DNA of 58,879 nucleotides, filler included. It is 6 parts of 6 records of this genome, joined end to end, with 100 filler letters (N's around TTAATTAATTAA, not from the genome) between each part and the next. Parts side by side here need not be neighbours in the genome. Positions count along the whole stretch, not along the records: positions 32,387 to 43,482 come from DRR723986_4299; positions 43,583 to 50,319 come from DRR723986_4301; 4 more parts are not named here. The stretch is one strand, 5' to 3'. The notes under the pieces are model-generated. The model was given only the letters and a program-made list of their open reading frames with translations, did no database searches and had not been told where the DNA came from. Made by a program: the position numbers and the translations under genes. Every line of letters starts with the position of its first letter. Within the stretch, counting starts at the first letter, position 1. Shown piece by piece: positions 37,175-47,485 of this stretch.

Positions 37175-38182
37175 TTATTTCGGAAATTCCAGTCCCATTT
37201 CCCGGTAACGCTCCGGATCGTCCGCCCAGTTCTCCCGAACCTTCACGAACAGGAACAGGTGGACGGGTGCTTCGATGATTTCCGAGAGTTCTTCGCGCGC
37301 TGCCTGTGAAATCGCCTTGATCGTCTGTCCGCGTTTGCCGAGCACGATGGACTTCTGGCTGTCCCGCTCCACGTAGATGGTCTGTTCGATCCGGGCCGAC
37401 CCATCCTTGCGGGCCTGCCACTGTTCCGTCTCCACGGTGGAAATATAGGGCAGTTCCTCATGCAGGCGCTCGAACAGCTTTTCGCGGGTGATTTCGGCCG
37501 CAAGAATGCGCAGGGGCAGGTCCGACGGCTGGTCTTCCGGAAAGAGCCAGGGGCCGTCCGGAACCTTGGACGCGAAATAGTCCAGGATGGTTTCGGTGCC
37601 GTCGCCGGTCAGAGCCGATACCATGAAGGTTTCTTCAAAAGAGACGAATTCGTTGATCTTCTGCGCCAGCTGAAGAAGTTTTTCACGCTTGGCGACATCG
37701 GTCTTGTTGAGGATCAGAACCTTCGGTGCCTGCTGGCTGGACAGGCGCTTGAGGATGTTCTCCACTTCCTCGGTCAGGCCTTTGCGGGCATCGACCAGAA
37801 GCGCGATCAGGTCGGCATCGCGCGCACCGCCCCAGGCGGTGTCGACCATGGCGCGATCGAGCCGGCGCTTGGGCTTGAAGATGCCCGGCGTGTCGATGAA
37901 CACCAGCTGTGCCGCGCCGTGCATGGCCACGCCACGCACAATGGTGCGTGTTGTCTGCACCTTGTGCGTAACGATGGAGACCTTGGTGCCGACAAGCTGA
38001 TTGATCAGCGTCGATTTGCCGGCATTGGGCGCGCCTATCAGGGCAATGAAACCCGCCCTGGTATCAGCAGGCATCTCCGGCAGCGGCTCGGGCAGCGGCA
38101 TGTCAAATCGGCCGGTGGGGGCCTGAAAGCCGTTGTCGTCATCTTCGTCCATCGGACCATCGTTGGTCGTGTTATCGTTCAA
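37175..38182 (-). CDS. era: GTPase Era
   Basis: GAPNAGKSTL, KVQTTR, DTPG, NKTD, KH domain; start uncertain. Confidence 0.95.
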   Translation of the reverse strand: MNDNTTNDGPMDEDDDNGFQAPTGRFDMPLPEPLPEMPADTRAGFIALIGAPNAGKSTLINQLVGTKVSIVTHKVQTTRTIVRGVAMHGAAQLVFIDTPGIFKPKRRLDRAMVDTAWGGARDADLIALLVDARKGLTEEVENILKRLSSQQAPKVLILNKTDVAKREKLLQLAQKINEFVSFEETFMVSALTGDGTETILDYFASKVPDGPWLFPEDQPSDLPLRILAAEITREKLFERLHEELPYISTVETEQWQARKDGSARIEQTIYVERDSQKSIVLGKRGQTIKAISQAAREELSEIIEAPVHLFLFVKVRENWADDPERYREMGLEFPK

Positions 38183-38188
38183 GCTGTC

Positions 38189-38899
38189 TTATTCCTTCCA
38201 GACGCCTTCCCGGCGCAATACGGCCTCTGCCGCATTCTGTTCCGCAATCCGTTTGGAGCCACCCTTGCCTTCGCCTGGCGGCAGTCCCTGAACGGTCACC
38301 GACACGGTGAAATTCGGTGCGTGGTCCGGTCCGTCCCGGCCTGTTACATCATATCGCGGTGTCGGCAGGCTCTTCGATTGTGCCCATTCCTGCAGCGTTG
38401 TCTTGGCGTCGCGCAGTGGACCCGACCAGGATAGCATACGCGGCTCCCAAAGGCGCGTAATGAAGCTTTCGGCCGCCTCAAACCCGCCGTCCAGGTAAAT
38501 CGCGGCAATGACCGACTCGCAAATATCGGCGAGCAGGGCGGTTTTCTTCCGGCCCCCGGTCTGTGCTTCTGCGAGCCCGATGCGCATCGCATCGCCGACA
38601 CCAAGTTCCTGTGCGATTTCCGCGCAGGTTTCGCGCTTGACCATATGGTTGAAGCGCCGCGCCAACTCACCTTCGTCAGCCTTGGGAAAATGCTTGTGCA
38701 GCATGGAAGCTATCACGAGGCCGAGAACCCGGTCGCCAAGGAACTCCAGACGCTGATAACTGCCCGACACTGTTTCAGACGGTGCAAGGGCACTGGCATG
38801 AGTCAGCGCGACCCGCAGGAGTTCCAGGTCCTGAAACTCGTATTGCAGTGCCGTTTTCAGGGCCGAAATCGGACCTGGTTGATGCAGTTGTCTTTTCAT
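38189..38899 (-). CDS. rnc: Ribonuclease III
   Basis: ALTHAS, QRLEFLGDRVLG, DAKTTLQE dsRBD. Confidence 0.96.
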   Translation of the reverse strand: MKRQLHQPGPISALKTALQYEFQDLELLRVALTHASALAPSETVSGSYQRLEFLGDRVLGLVIASMLHKHFPKADEGELARRFNHMVKRETCAEIAQELGVGDAMRIGLAEAQTGGRKKTALLADICESVIAAIYLDGGFEAAESFITRLWEPRMLSWSGPLRDAKTTLQEWAQSKSLPTPRYDVTGRDGPDHAPNFTVSVTVQGLPPGEGKGGSKRIAEQNAAEAVLRREGVWKE

Positions 38900-38935
38900 G
38901 CAGCCTGCTTCGGCGGCGTTCCGCCAAAGCCCCGG

Positions 38936-39688
38936 TTAGAGTGTCCGGCCAATCCGTTCCCAGCGAACGCTCCACGGCCAGGACCAGATGTGCCAGGCAG
39001 GAGTTCCGTCCTTGACGGAGAAGAACAGGATTTCGGCACGGCCCATGAAGTTTTCGAACGGAACGTAGCCGACCCTGTTCAGATAACGGCTGTCGACGGA
39101 GTTATCGCGGTTGTCGCCCATCATGAAGTAATGGCCTTCGGGCACCTTGTACTCGCGGGTGTTGTCCACCTCTCCGCGTGTGGTCAGGTCCAGGGTTTCA
39201 TAAGAAACGCCGTTCGGCAGGGTTTCCCGATAGCGCGGAACCCGGCGTACGATGCCGGATGGAGACTGTTCTATAAAATCATCGATCTTTTCGCGTTTGA
39301 CCGGTTCGCCATTGATATGCACCACGCCGTCGATCACCTGAATGGTATCGCCAGGCAGGCCAATCACGCGCTTGATGTAGTCCACGGACGTGTCGGTCGG
39401 CAGTTTGAAAACAGCGACGTCACCGCGTTCCGGTTCGGAAGACCAGATGCGACCGCTGAACGGGCCCAGGCCGAAGGGGAAGGAAAAGCGTGAGTATCCG
39501 TAGCTGTATTTGGAGACGAACAGATAGTCGCCAACCAGCAAGGTGTCCTTCATCGAGCCGGACGGAATGTTGAACGGCTGGAACAGGAATGTTCGCACGA
39601 TCAGGGCAAGCAACAGCGCCTGGACAACAACCTTGATGGTTTCGGCGAGGCCGCTGTCCTTATCCTTCTTGTTTTCCGTCACGCTCAT
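38936..39688 (-). CDS. lepB: Signal peptidase I
   Basis: PFNIPSGSMKDTL, YIKRVIGLPGD, GDNRDNSVDSR; acpS-lepB-rnc-era operon. Confidence 0.96.
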   Translation of the reverse strand: MSVTENKKDKDSGLAETIKVVVQALLLALIVRTFLFQPFNIPSGSMKDTLLVGDYLFVSKYSYGYSRFSFPFGLGPFSGRIWSSEPERGDVAVFKLPTDTSVDYIKRVIGLPGDTIQVIDGVVHINGEPVKREKIDDFIEQSPSGIVRRVPRYRETLPNGVSYETLDLTTRGEVDNTREYKVPEGHYFMMGDNRDNSVDSRYLNRVGYVPFENFMGRAEILFFSVKDGTPAWHIWSWPWSVRWERIGRTL

Positions 39689-39803
39689 CTTGTCCCTTGA
39701 TCAAAATCGTCCGGCGTTCTGGTCTGCATCGCCGCGTACAGCCGGACTCTTATCCGCTAGCGCCTGCCAACGCAATGAGAGGAAGGCCCTTGAGGCTGGG
39801 CTT

Positions 39804-40235
39804 TCAGGGGGAATCCGCCCTTGGCGGTTCGGGCCAGTCGGTCGGCCACGCCGAAATGACGACAAATGCCTGCGCAAGCGGATAATCATCCGTAATGGTC
39901 AGATCAATGGTGGTCCTGAAACCGGCAGGCGCCATTGCCTGCAATCGTTCGGCAGCGCCACCGGTCAGGGCAATGGTGGGTTTGCCGGAAGGAAGGTTCA
40001 CAACGCCCATTTCCCGCCAGGCGACCCCCATGCGAATGCCGCTGCCAAGTGCCTTCGAGCAGGCTTCCTTGGCCGCAAATCGTTTTGCATAGGATGCGGC
40101 GCGCTCGGCGCGCCTGTCGGATTTTGTCCGCTCGATTTCGGTGAAGACCCGGTTGGTAAAGCGCTCGCCGAATCTTTCGAGTGTTTTCTCGATCCGTCGG
40201 ATATCGATCAGATCGCTGCCAATTCCAAGGATCAT
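39804..40235 (-). CDS. acpS: Holo-ACP synthase
   Basis: [30 protein letters not shown]. Confidence 0.95.
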   Translation of the reverse strand: MILGIGSDLIDIRRIEKTLERFGERFTNRVFTEIERTKSDRRAERAASYAKRFAAKEACSKALGSGIRMGVAWREMGVVNLPSGKPTIALTGGAAERLQAMAPAGFRTTIDLTITDDYPLAQAFVVISAWPTDWPEPPRADSP

Positions 40236-40307
40236 GGCCTTGCTTTCCAGATTGCGGCGGGATGGGTTCTTGGTTCCGATTTTAGTTGGATCGGTCGTTC
40301 ACGAAAA

Positions 40308-40922
40308 TCAAGCGCTGCCGTCTTCTTCGACTGTGTTGCCCGGTGGGGGGAACAAACGGCCATGTTTGCCGGCGCCCTTGTCTGCCAGCTTGTTTCTGCG
40401 GCGGCGCTGGTAGACCTCGACGCTCTTGTAAACGACCACATAGGAGACCGTTCCAACGACCAATCCAAGAGGAACCGCACCGATGAACATCGGTTTGAGC
40501 ATTGGCCAGAGCGCGTCGAGAGATTTTTCGAAAAGGCCTTGCTGAAACTGCTGGTGAACCTGATGCGGGTCCGCCTTTGGAGCGCGCCCGTGGATGATCC
40601 ACTGTCCGATTTTGAAGGTGAAGGCCCAAATGAACGGGAACGTCAGTGGATTGCCGACGGACGTTCCAAGCGCTGCTGCTATCATGTTGCCGCGCACCAG
40701 GTAGGCAAGTGCGAAAGCGGTCAGGAAATGGAAGCCGACAAGAGGCGTGCATGAAGCGAAGGCACCCGCGGCAAAGCCAAGGGCAATCGCGTGGGGTGTC
40801 GCCGTGAGGCGCAAGACGCGCTTGCCGAAATAGCGGGTCGAACGCGCCCAGCTGTTCCGGGGCCAGACGGCAACGCGCAGTCGCTCAATCCGTGTTGGCC
40901 TATTTCTCCGGCGAAACAGCAT
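40308..40922 (-). CDS. DUF2062 membrane protein
   Basis: WPRNSWAR, TPHAIALGFAAG, GNPLTFP. Confidence 0.85.
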   Translation of the reverse strand: MLFRRRNRPTRIERLRVAVWPRNSWARSTRYFGKRVLRLTATPHAIALGFAAGAFASCTPLVGFHFLTAFALAYLVRGNMIAAALGTSVGNPLTFPFIWAFTFKIGQWIIHGRAPKADPHQVHQQFQQGLFEKSLDALWPMLKPMFIGAVPLGLVVGTVSYVVVYKSVEVYQRRRRNKLADKGAGKHGRLFPPPGNTVEEDGSA

Positions 40923-40952
40923 GGTCTAAGGTTCGTTCCCGTCTTTTATCGT

Positions 40953-41534
40953 TCAGCTCAGTCCGCGGCTGCCAGGTTTGACAGCTGGCAAGGCGGCAAG
41001 TTCCGGCGGCAGGTTGTCAGGTTCATAGGCCGGAACCTTGTATTCTGCCAGAGCAATCACCGGAACCGAGGCGTCAGCCTCGCCGCCGGAGCGGTCGATC
41101 AGGCAGGCAACACCGAGGACTTCAGCACCAAGAGCTTTCAACGAGGTTACCGTTTCCCGACTCGATAGGCCGGTCGTGACAATATCCTCTACAACAATGA
41201 CACGGGCGCCTTGCGGCATTTCGAAGCGGCGCAGCCGAAACTCCCCGTCCTCACGCTCCACCCACATGGCGGGAACGCCAAGATGGCGGGCGGTTTCGTA
41301 GCCCGGAATAAGGCCACCGAGCGCCGGAGATACGATGTAGTCGATCTGACCCAGGCCGGAGGCGCGGATCTTGTCGGCGAGTGCCTTGCAGAGTTTTTCC
41401 GTCTTGTCCGGATACATGAACACGCGGGCCTTCTGCAGAAATACCGGGCTGCGCAGACCGGAGGTCAGAATGAAGTGACCTTCCAGAAAGGCGCCGGCCT
41501 CGCGAAATACGGCCAGAACTTCATCGCGTGTCAT
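40953..41534 (-). CDS. pyrE: Orotate phosphoribosyltransferase
   Basis: [26 protein letters not shown]. Confidence 0.94.
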   Translation of the reverse strand: MTRDEVLAVFREAGAFLEGHFILTSGLRSPVFLQKARVFMYPDKTEKLCKALADKIRASGLGQIDYIVSPALGGLIPGYETARHLGVPAMWVEREDGEFRLRRFEMPQGARVIVVEDIVTTGLSSRETVTSLKALGAEVLGVACLIDRSGGEADASVPVIALAEYKVPAYEPDNLPPELAALPAVKPGSRGLS

Positions 41535-41643
41535 TATCAGATCCCCTCAAATTCTTTGGCGGCGGCGGGCCTTCCATGGTCAAGCGGCTGTGTCACTCAC
41601 CGGCAAGCCGCCTTGTCCTTATGTGCCTGCTACCGTTTGTAAT

Positions 41644-43482
41644 CTAGCCGTTCACACGGCTGACGCTGGAAACATTAGGCTTGGTTCGCAGCTGATTTAT
41701 GATCCTGTTCAGGTGTTTCAGGTCCCAGACTTCAAGATCGATGATCATCTGATGGAAGTCCGAGGCTCGCTGCATCATCTTGACGTTGTCGATGTTGCCG
41801 CTGTTTTCGCCGATCACCTGCGCGATGGTTGCCAGGGAACCAGGTTCGTTTGCAGCCGAAATGTCCAGACGTGCTGGGAACCGTTCCGGATTGTTGACGT
41901 CGATGTCCCAGCGAACGTCGACCCAGCGCTCCGTCTGGTCGTCGAATTCCTTCAGGGACGGCGATTGTATTGGATAGATGGTCAGTCCTTCGGACGGGGT
42001 CAAGATGCCGACGATACGGTCGCCGGGAACAGCACCGCCATCGGGAGCAAAAGTAACCGGGATGTCGCCGGACAGACCACGAATGGGAAGGGCCGGCCCT
42101 TCTTCAGGCTCGCCACTCTCGCCGGCAGCTGCCTTGTCTGCATCCAGTTCGCCGGGCGGAATGCGGAACTTCAGTCCGTGGCCCTGTTTCAGGCCGAACC
42201 AGCCTTCTTCCAGTGGCGGGCCGGAAATGGCAACGCGCTCGTCCTGATAGTCCGGGTGAGCCGATTTCAGAACCAGTTGGGCGGAAAGATCCCCGCGTCC
42301 GACGGCTGCCAGCAAGTCGGCGACGCTGGCTTGGTGCAGGAGATCGAGGATCGCTTCCAGCAGGTCTTCCGAATAGGCTTTTTCGGCTCTGGCGAATGCG
42401 CGCTTCAGAATATGTTCGCCAAGGGCTCCATATTGCTTGCGCACGGATTCCCTGGTGGCGCGGCGGATCGCGGCGCGGGCCTTGCCGGTAACGGCAATCG
42501 CTTCCCAGGCCGGTGGCGGGGTCTGCGCGGGCGAACGGATGATTTCGACCTCGTCGCCGTTATGCAGCTCGGTCACCAGCGGCATGATCTTGCCGTTGAT
42601 CTTGCAGCCGACACATGTGTTGCCGATACCGGTATGAACCGCATAGGCGAAATCGATCGGCGTTGCGCCTCGGGGGAGGGCGATCAGACGGCCCTTTGGG
42701 CTGAAGCAGAAGACCTGGTCATGGAAAAGTTCCAGCTTGGTGTTTTCCAGGAATTCTTCCGGCGTGTCGCCCTGAGCCAGCAGTTCGGTCGTGCGGCGCA
42801 GCCATTCGAAGGCGCGGCAGTCTTCCGTATGCCGGGCGATATTGCGTCCGCCGAATTCGCCGTCCTTGTAAAGCGCGTGTGCGGCGATACCGTATTCCGC
42901 CACCCGGTCCATGGAAATGGTCCGGATCTGCAGTTCCACACGCTGGCGGGACGGTCCGACAATCGTGGTGTGGATCGACTTGTAGTCGTTCTGCTTGGGC
43001 GTGGAGATATAGTCCTTGAACCGGCCGGGAACGGTCGGCCAGGTCGTGTGAATGACACCCAGCACGCGATAGCAGGCTTCCACGGTGCCGACAGTGACGC
43101 GGAACCCGTAGATATCGGACAGCTGCTCGAAACCGATAGCCTTTCGCTGCATCTTGCGAAAGATGGAGTAGGGACGTTTTTCACGGCCCTTCACGAGAGC
43201 GGCCATGCCCCGTTCGCTAAGGCGTTCGGTCAGCGTTGTCTCGATGTCCAGGATCAGATCGCGGTTGCGTTCGCGCAGATCGACCAGACGATCGGTGATG
43301 GTTTCATAAGCTTCGGGGTTGAGCGTATGGAAGGCAATGTCTTCCAGCTCTTCGCGCATGTCGTGCATGCCCATGCGGCCGGCGAGCGGCGCATAGATTT
43401 CCATCGTTTCTTCCGCGATCCGCCCACGCTTGTGCTCCGGCATGTGGTGGAGCGTGCGCATGTTGTGCAGACGGTCGGCCAG
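41644..43482 (-). CDS. spoT: RelA/SpoT (Rsh) (p)ppGpp synthetase/hydrolase (5' cut)
   Basis: LADRLHNMRTL, YAPLAGRMG, KDYISTPKQNDYKSIHTT, TGS and ACT domains. Confidence 0.95.
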   Translation of the reverse strand: MADRLHNMRTLHHMPEHKRGRIAEETMEIYAPLAGRMGMHDMREELEDIAFHTLNPEAYETITDRLVDLRERNRDLILDIETTLTERLSERGMAALVKGREKRPYSIFRKMQRKAIGFEQLSDIYGFRVTVGTVEACYRVLGVIHTTWPTVPGRFKDYISTPKQNDYKSIHTTIVGPSRQRVELQIRTISMDRVAEYGIAAHALYKDGEFGGRNIARHTEDCRAFEWLRRTTELLAQGDTPEEFLENTKLELFHDQVFCFSPKGRLIALPRGATPIDFAYAVHTGIGNTCVGCKINGKIMPLVTELHNGDEVEIIRSPAQTPPPAWEAIAVTGKARAAIRRATRESVRKQYGALGEHILKRAFARAEKAYSEDLLEAILDLLHQASVADLLAAVGRGDLSAQLVLKSAHPDYQDERVAISGPPLEEGWFGLKQGHGLKFRIPPGELDADKAAAGESGEPEEGPALPIRGLSGDIPVTFAPDGGAVPGDRIVGILTPSEGLTIYPIQSPSLKEFDDQTERWVDVRWDIDVNNPERFPARLDISAANEPGSLATIAQVIGENSGNIDNVKMMQRASDFHQMIIDLEVWDLKHLNRIINQLRTKPNVSSVSRVNG

Positions 43483-43582
43483 NNNNNNNNNNNNNNNNNN
43501 NNNNNNNNNNNNNNNNNNNNNNNNNNTTAATTAATTAANNNNNNNNNNNNNNNNNNNNNNNNNNNNNNNNNNNNNNNNNNNN
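43483..43582. other. Artificial contig spacer
   Basis: N-run + TTAATTAATTAA (43527-43538) + N-run. Confidence 0.97.
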
Positions 43583-43583
43583 C

Positions 43584-43700
43584 GAAGAAGAGCTGGTCAT
43601 GGCCTGCTGCTTCAACCCGCCCGTGACCGGCAACGAGGTCCACCGCGAGGACGGCTCCTACGCCGCGCCCGGGGAGGTCACCGAGGAGGTGTCCGCATGA
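43584..43700 (+). CDS. ectC: Ectoine synthase, C-terminal fragment
   Basis: Read by hand: [26 protein letters not shown], the EctC C-terminal signature; stop overlaps the ask ATG. Confidence 0.9.
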   Translation, partial: EEELVMACCFNPPVTGNEVHREDGSYAAPGEVTEEVSA

Positions 43701-45115
43701 CCCATACGGTCGAGAAAATCGGCGGGACGACCATGTCCCGCGTGCATGAACTGCGGGATACGCTGTTCATCGGCGACAGGGAAAACCCCTATGGCCGCAT
43801 CTTCGTGGTCTCCGCCTTCGGTGGCATCACGAACCTGCTGCTGGAGCACAAGAAGACCGGCAAGCAGGGCGTCTACGCCGCCTTCGCGGATGCCGACAGC
43901 GACCAGGGTTGGCACGATGCGCTGCGCGCCGTGTCGGACGCGATGATCGAGGCGCATGAGCTGGTCCTTGACCACCCCGGCGACCGCGATCAGGCCCGCA
44001 GCTTCGTGCGCGAGCGCATCGACGGGGCCCGCAACTGTTTGATCGACCTGCAGCGCCTGTGTGCCTACGGCCACTTCCGGCTGTCCGAGCACATGCTGCA
44101 GATCCGCGAGTTGCTCAGCGGCCTGGGCGAGGCGCACTCTGCCTTCGTCACCACGCTGCTTCTGCAGCGGGCCGGTGTGAACGCACGTCTGGTGGACCTG
44201 TCGGGCTGGCGCGACGAGGGCAACGTGACCCTCGAAGAGCGCATCCTGACCGCCATGGAGGGCATCGACCCGGAAACGGAAATGCCCATCGTGACCGGCT
44301 ATGCGCAATGTGCGGAGGGCCTGATGCGCGAGTTCGACCGGGGCTACTCCGAGGTGACCTTTTCGAAGCTTGCCGCCTTGACGGGTGCGCGCGAGGCGAT
44401 CATCCACAAGGAGTTCCACCTGTCGTCGGCCGACCCGAACCTTGTCGGGCAGGACGCGGTGCGCAAGCTGGGCCGGACCAATTACGACGTGGCCGACCAA
44501 CTGTCGAACCTCGGGATGGAGGCGATCCACCCCAAGGCCGCCAAGACGCTGCGTCAGGCCGAGGTGCCGCTGCGCGTGACCAATGCTTTCGAACCCGAGG
44601 ACCCGGGCACGCTGATCGACGACCAGCCCGCCGACACGCCTGCGGTCGAGATCGTCACCGGCCTCGACGTGGTCGCGCTGGAGGTCTTCGAGCAGGACAT
44701 GGTGGGGGTGAAGGGCTACGACGCCGCGGTCCTCGATGTGTTGACGCGCCACGAGGTGCGGATCGTGTCCAAGGTGTCGAACGCCAACACCATCACGCAT
44801 TACGTCGACGCCTCGCTGAAGACGCTGCGCCGGGTGGAGCGGGACGTGAAGAAACTCTACCCCTCCGCGAACGTGATGCTGCGGACGCTAGGCATGGCCT
44901 CGGTGGTGGGGCGTGACCTGCGCGGACTGTCGGTCCTGCAACGGGGTCTTCAGGCGATCGCCGATGCCGGCATGGCCAGCGTGGGTGCCAGCCAGGGGCC
45001 GCGCAACGTGGACGTCCAGTTCATCATGGAGCGCGACGACCTCTCGCCCGCGATCAAGGCCCTGCACAAGGCCTTCGTCGAAGAGGACGGCAAGCAGATG
45101 TCCCTCGCGGCCTGA
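43697..45115 (+). CDS. ask: Ectoine-associated aspartate kinase Ask_Ect
   Basis: [47 protein letters not shown]; directly after ectC. Confidence 0.93.
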   Translation: MTHTVEKIGGTTMSRVHELRDTLFIGDRENPYGRIFVVSAFGGITNLLLEHKKTGKQGVYAAFADADSDQGWHDALRAVSDAMIEAHELVLDHPGDRDQARSFVRERIDGARNCLIDLQRLCAYGHFRLSEHMLQIRELLSGLGEAHSAFVTTLLLQRAGVNARLVDLSGWRDEGNVTLEERILTAMEGIDPETEMPIVTGYAQCAEGLMREFDRGYSEVTFSKLAALTGAREAIIHKEFHLSSADPNLVGQDAVRKLGRTNYDVADQLSNLGMEAIHPKAAKTLRQAEVPLRVTNAFEPEDPGTLIDDQPADTPAVEIVTGLDVVALEVFEQDMVGVKGYDAAVLDVLTRHEVRIVSKVSNANTITHYVDASLKTLRRVERDVKKLYPSANVMLRTLGMASVVGRDLRGLSVLQRGLQAIADAGMASVGASQGPRNVDVQFIMERDDLSPAIKALHKAFVEEDGKQMSLAA

Positions 45116-45135
45116 GGCCGCCGGGGACCCGGAAT

Positions 45136-45218
45136 TGGCCGGCGCGGCTTCGCCGGTCATGACAGCCGGTTCGGAGGATGGGGTTCTGACTGTTCCCCCT
45201 CCCTCCGGACCGGTTTTT
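45136..45218 (+). terminator. Double hairpin ending in T-run after ask (probable intrinsic terminator)
   Basis: TGGCCGGCG/CGCCGGTCA (45136-45159), then CCGGTTCGGAGG...CCTCCGGACCGG (45166-45213) + TTTTT. Confidence 0.6.
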
Positions 45219-45267
45219 GCATGGACAGGCCCCGGTTTCGCGGCGATCCTCAATGCGGGAGGGGGCC

Positions 45268-45864
45268 ATGACGGACGACCGGACCGATGCCGAAAGGCTC
45301 GATGCCTTCTACGCGAAGGAGGGGCCTTGGCAGGCCGAAATGCAGGCGCTGCGGGCGCTTCTGCTCGACTGCGGGCTGACCGAAGAGCGCAAGTGGCACC
45401 AGCCGTGCTACACCGCTCATGGCGGCAACATCGCCATGCCCGGGGCTTTCAAGCACGACTGCCGCCTCTCCTTCTTCAAGGGCGTGCTGCTGAGCGATCC
45501 TGCCGGGATCCTCTCGCCCGTGGGTCCGAACGCCCGTTCGGCCAGCGCCGCGCGCTTCACCGGGCTGGACCAGATCGCTGCGGTTGCGGACATCCTGCGC
45601 GATTGCATCGCAGAGGCGGTGGCGCTGGAAAAGGCGGGCGCGCGGGTGGTGTTCGAGAAGGACGATCTGTCCGCGCCGGTCGAACTGACGCAGGCGCTGA
45701 AAGCCGACGCGGAACTGGCCGAGGCCTTCGCCGCGCTGACGCCGGGACGCAAGCGCAGCTATTACCTGCATCTGGGACAGGCGAAACAGTCCGAAACGCG
45801 GGTGGCGCGGATCGCCAAGGCGCGCGGTTTCATCCTTGCAGGCAAGAATTACCAAGGGCGTTGA
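45268..45864 (+). CDS. YdeI/OmpD-associated family protein (DUF1801 + OmdA)
   Basis: LTEERKWHQPCYT, FFKGVLL, ALTPGRKRSY, AKQSETRVARI. Confidence 0.88.
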   Translation: MTDDRTDAERLDAFYAKEGPWQAEMQALRALLLDCGLTEERKWHQPCYTAHGGNIAMPGAFKHDCRLSFFKGVLLSDPAGILSPVGPNARSASAARFTGLDQIAAVADILRDCIAEAVALEKAGARVVFEKDDLSAPVELTQALKADAELAEAFAALTPGRKRSYYLHLGQAKQSETRVARIAKARGFILAGKNYQGR

Positions 45865-46071
45865 GGCGTGTGGGCTTTCGGAGGGCGCGGATGTTTTCGC
45901 CGAAGGCGTTCACCGGGCCCTTATGCGATGGCCTAAGGGGCGCGTCCAAACTCTGCCCGGGTTTCGAAGGTTGGCGCGCGTAGGGCCTCCGGGGCGGCTT
46001 CGTCCCCATCCGAGGGCAAGCGCAACGGGCGCCCCGGCATGCGGGACGCCCCTCGACGTATCGAGCCGGTG

Positions 46072-46869
46072 TCAGCGCGTCTGGATCAGGCTGCGCGCGA
46101 TGCAATTGGCCAGCGCGTTGCCCTCGCGCCCGACGCAGCGCAGCAGCAGGTCCGGCAGATCGAGGTTCTCGCGATCCGCGCGGCGGCTGTCGGGGCGGTC
46201 GTCGCGCCATGCATGGCCCTGACCGTTGCGCCAGTCACTGTCCCGCCCGGGACGCCAGCCATCGCCATGGCCCGGGGCGGGGCGAAAGCCGCCCTGCGGC
46301 TGGCCGTGGCGCGGCGCCGGGGTGAAGCCGCCCGCCGTCCGGGCGGGTTGGCGTGCGCGCGGCTTCTCGTCCGAGAGGTAGCCGCCATGCGCCCAGCCCA
46401 CCAGCCCGTCGGCGTGGCGCAACAGGCGCCAGTCGCCGGTGCGGCCCAGTTCCTCGACGCGATCCCCCTGCGCCATGACCGTCAGGACCGTCTTGTCGGT
46501 GCCCGGACCCTTGCGCAGGTTCAGCCCTCCGTGGGCCGGGGCGTCGACGTAGAGCACGGGAAGCTGCGCGTCAGCCTCTTCGGGCACCCGCCCGGGGCGG
46601 CGGGGCTGTTCCTCGGCCCATGTGGTCAGGTAGCGCGAGGCGGCCCAGCCGGTGCGGCCGCTCTCGTGGCGGATGCGTGACCAGTCGCCGTCCTTGCGCA
46701 GCACGTCGACCACGGTGCCATGGGGCATCTGGTACTGGACGTCGTAGCTGGTCGAGGGGCCGCTCCGCAGGTTCAGGTAGCCGTCCCTCGGGGCGTTGAC
46801 GAAGAGCTGAGAGGCATGGGCGGCACCCGCCAGCATCAGCAGGGAAATCAGGGTCAGAAGTCGAAGCAT
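46072..46869 (-). CDS. Secreted protein with two bacterial SH3 domains and a low-complexity tail
   Basis: Signal peptide; YLNLRSGPST...GWAASRYL and GLNLRKGPGT...GWAHGGYL; G/R/D-rich tail with terminal Cys pair. Confidence 0.82.
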   Translation of the reverse strand: MLRLLTLISLLMLAGAAHASQLFVNAPRDGYLNLRSGPSTSYDVQYQMPHGTVVDVLRKDGDWSRIRHESGRTGWAASRYLTTWAEEQPRRPGRVPEEADAQLPVLYVDAPAHGGLNLRKGPGTDKTVLTVMAQGDRVEELGRTGDWRLLRHADGLVGWAHGGYLSDEKPRARQPARTAGGFTPAPRHGQPQGGFRPAPGHGDGWRPGRDSDWRNGQGHAWRDDRPDSRRADRENLDLPDLLLRCVGREGNALANCIARSLIQTR

Positions 46870-47081
46870 GTGGCAGCTCCCTTGGTGGCGTGATGGGTCG
46901 AGACTGGGGGCGGGAGGCGCTGCTATGCAATATCAGCCCCCGGGACAGGCAATAACGCGCCGCATTTCAGGGGTTGCGACGGCGGTCCCCGACGCGGCCC
47001 AGACCGTCGTTCGGGCGGCGGGCTGCAAGGTCGTGGGTCCGGGCCGTGCGAGAGGGCCGGGTTTTGCTATGGATCGGGTGT

Positions 47082-47258
47082 GATCCGCCCCCGTGGCGGT
47101 GCAGGGTCGCCCGGTGTGCCCATGGTCTACGACGGCGCGGGGGCAGGGTCGGGGTCAGCCCCTTATCCAAGGGGTCGTCTTCTTCCAAGGGCCGTCCCAG
47201 GAAGGCGGGCTATGGGCACCGGCCCGTGCCTGTCACGCGCAAGGTGATGGGGCAGGGG
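47082..47258 (+). ncRNA. Putative structured RNA, 6S (SsrS)-like rod
   Basis: Nested inverted repeats: CCGGTGTGCCCAT(47111)/ATGGGCACCGG(47212), GACGGC(47131)/GCCGTC(47191), CCCCTT(47159)/AAGGGG(47169), outer CGCCCC/GGGGC; -10-like GCTATGGAT at ~47066-47074; no credible ORF. Confidence 0.5.
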
Positions 47259-47434
47259 CAGGCCCCCGGGGACCAAAGCGCGTCGAGGCATCGGGCGTGC
47301 CCCGGCGCGACGGTGACGCGGCCTCTGCGCGGGCGGCCCGGCGGTCTGCGCGGAGCGGGGAAAGGCCGGGCGGCGGGTTTCCGGGTCCCCGAGGGTCGCG
47401 CCGTGCAAAGCGGCCCATGCCACCCCCGGGACAC

Positions 47435-47462
47435 AAAAAGGGCGGACCTTCCGGCCCGCCCC
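47435..47462 (-). terminator. Intrinsic terminator of the DUF427 gene
   Basis: Minus strand GGGCGGGCC-GGAA-GGTCCGCCC followed by TTTTT. Confidence 0.8.
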
Positions 47463-47485
47463 TCATGTCACCAAAAAGAGACCGC

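Noticed and set aside
41590-43530. 646-aa plus-strand ORF and similar long antisense ORFs (e.g. 55509-57218, 39543-40754, 43658-44800, 1753-2781)
   Set aside because: Shadow ORFs opposite well-supported genes in GC-rich DNA; no recognisable motifs
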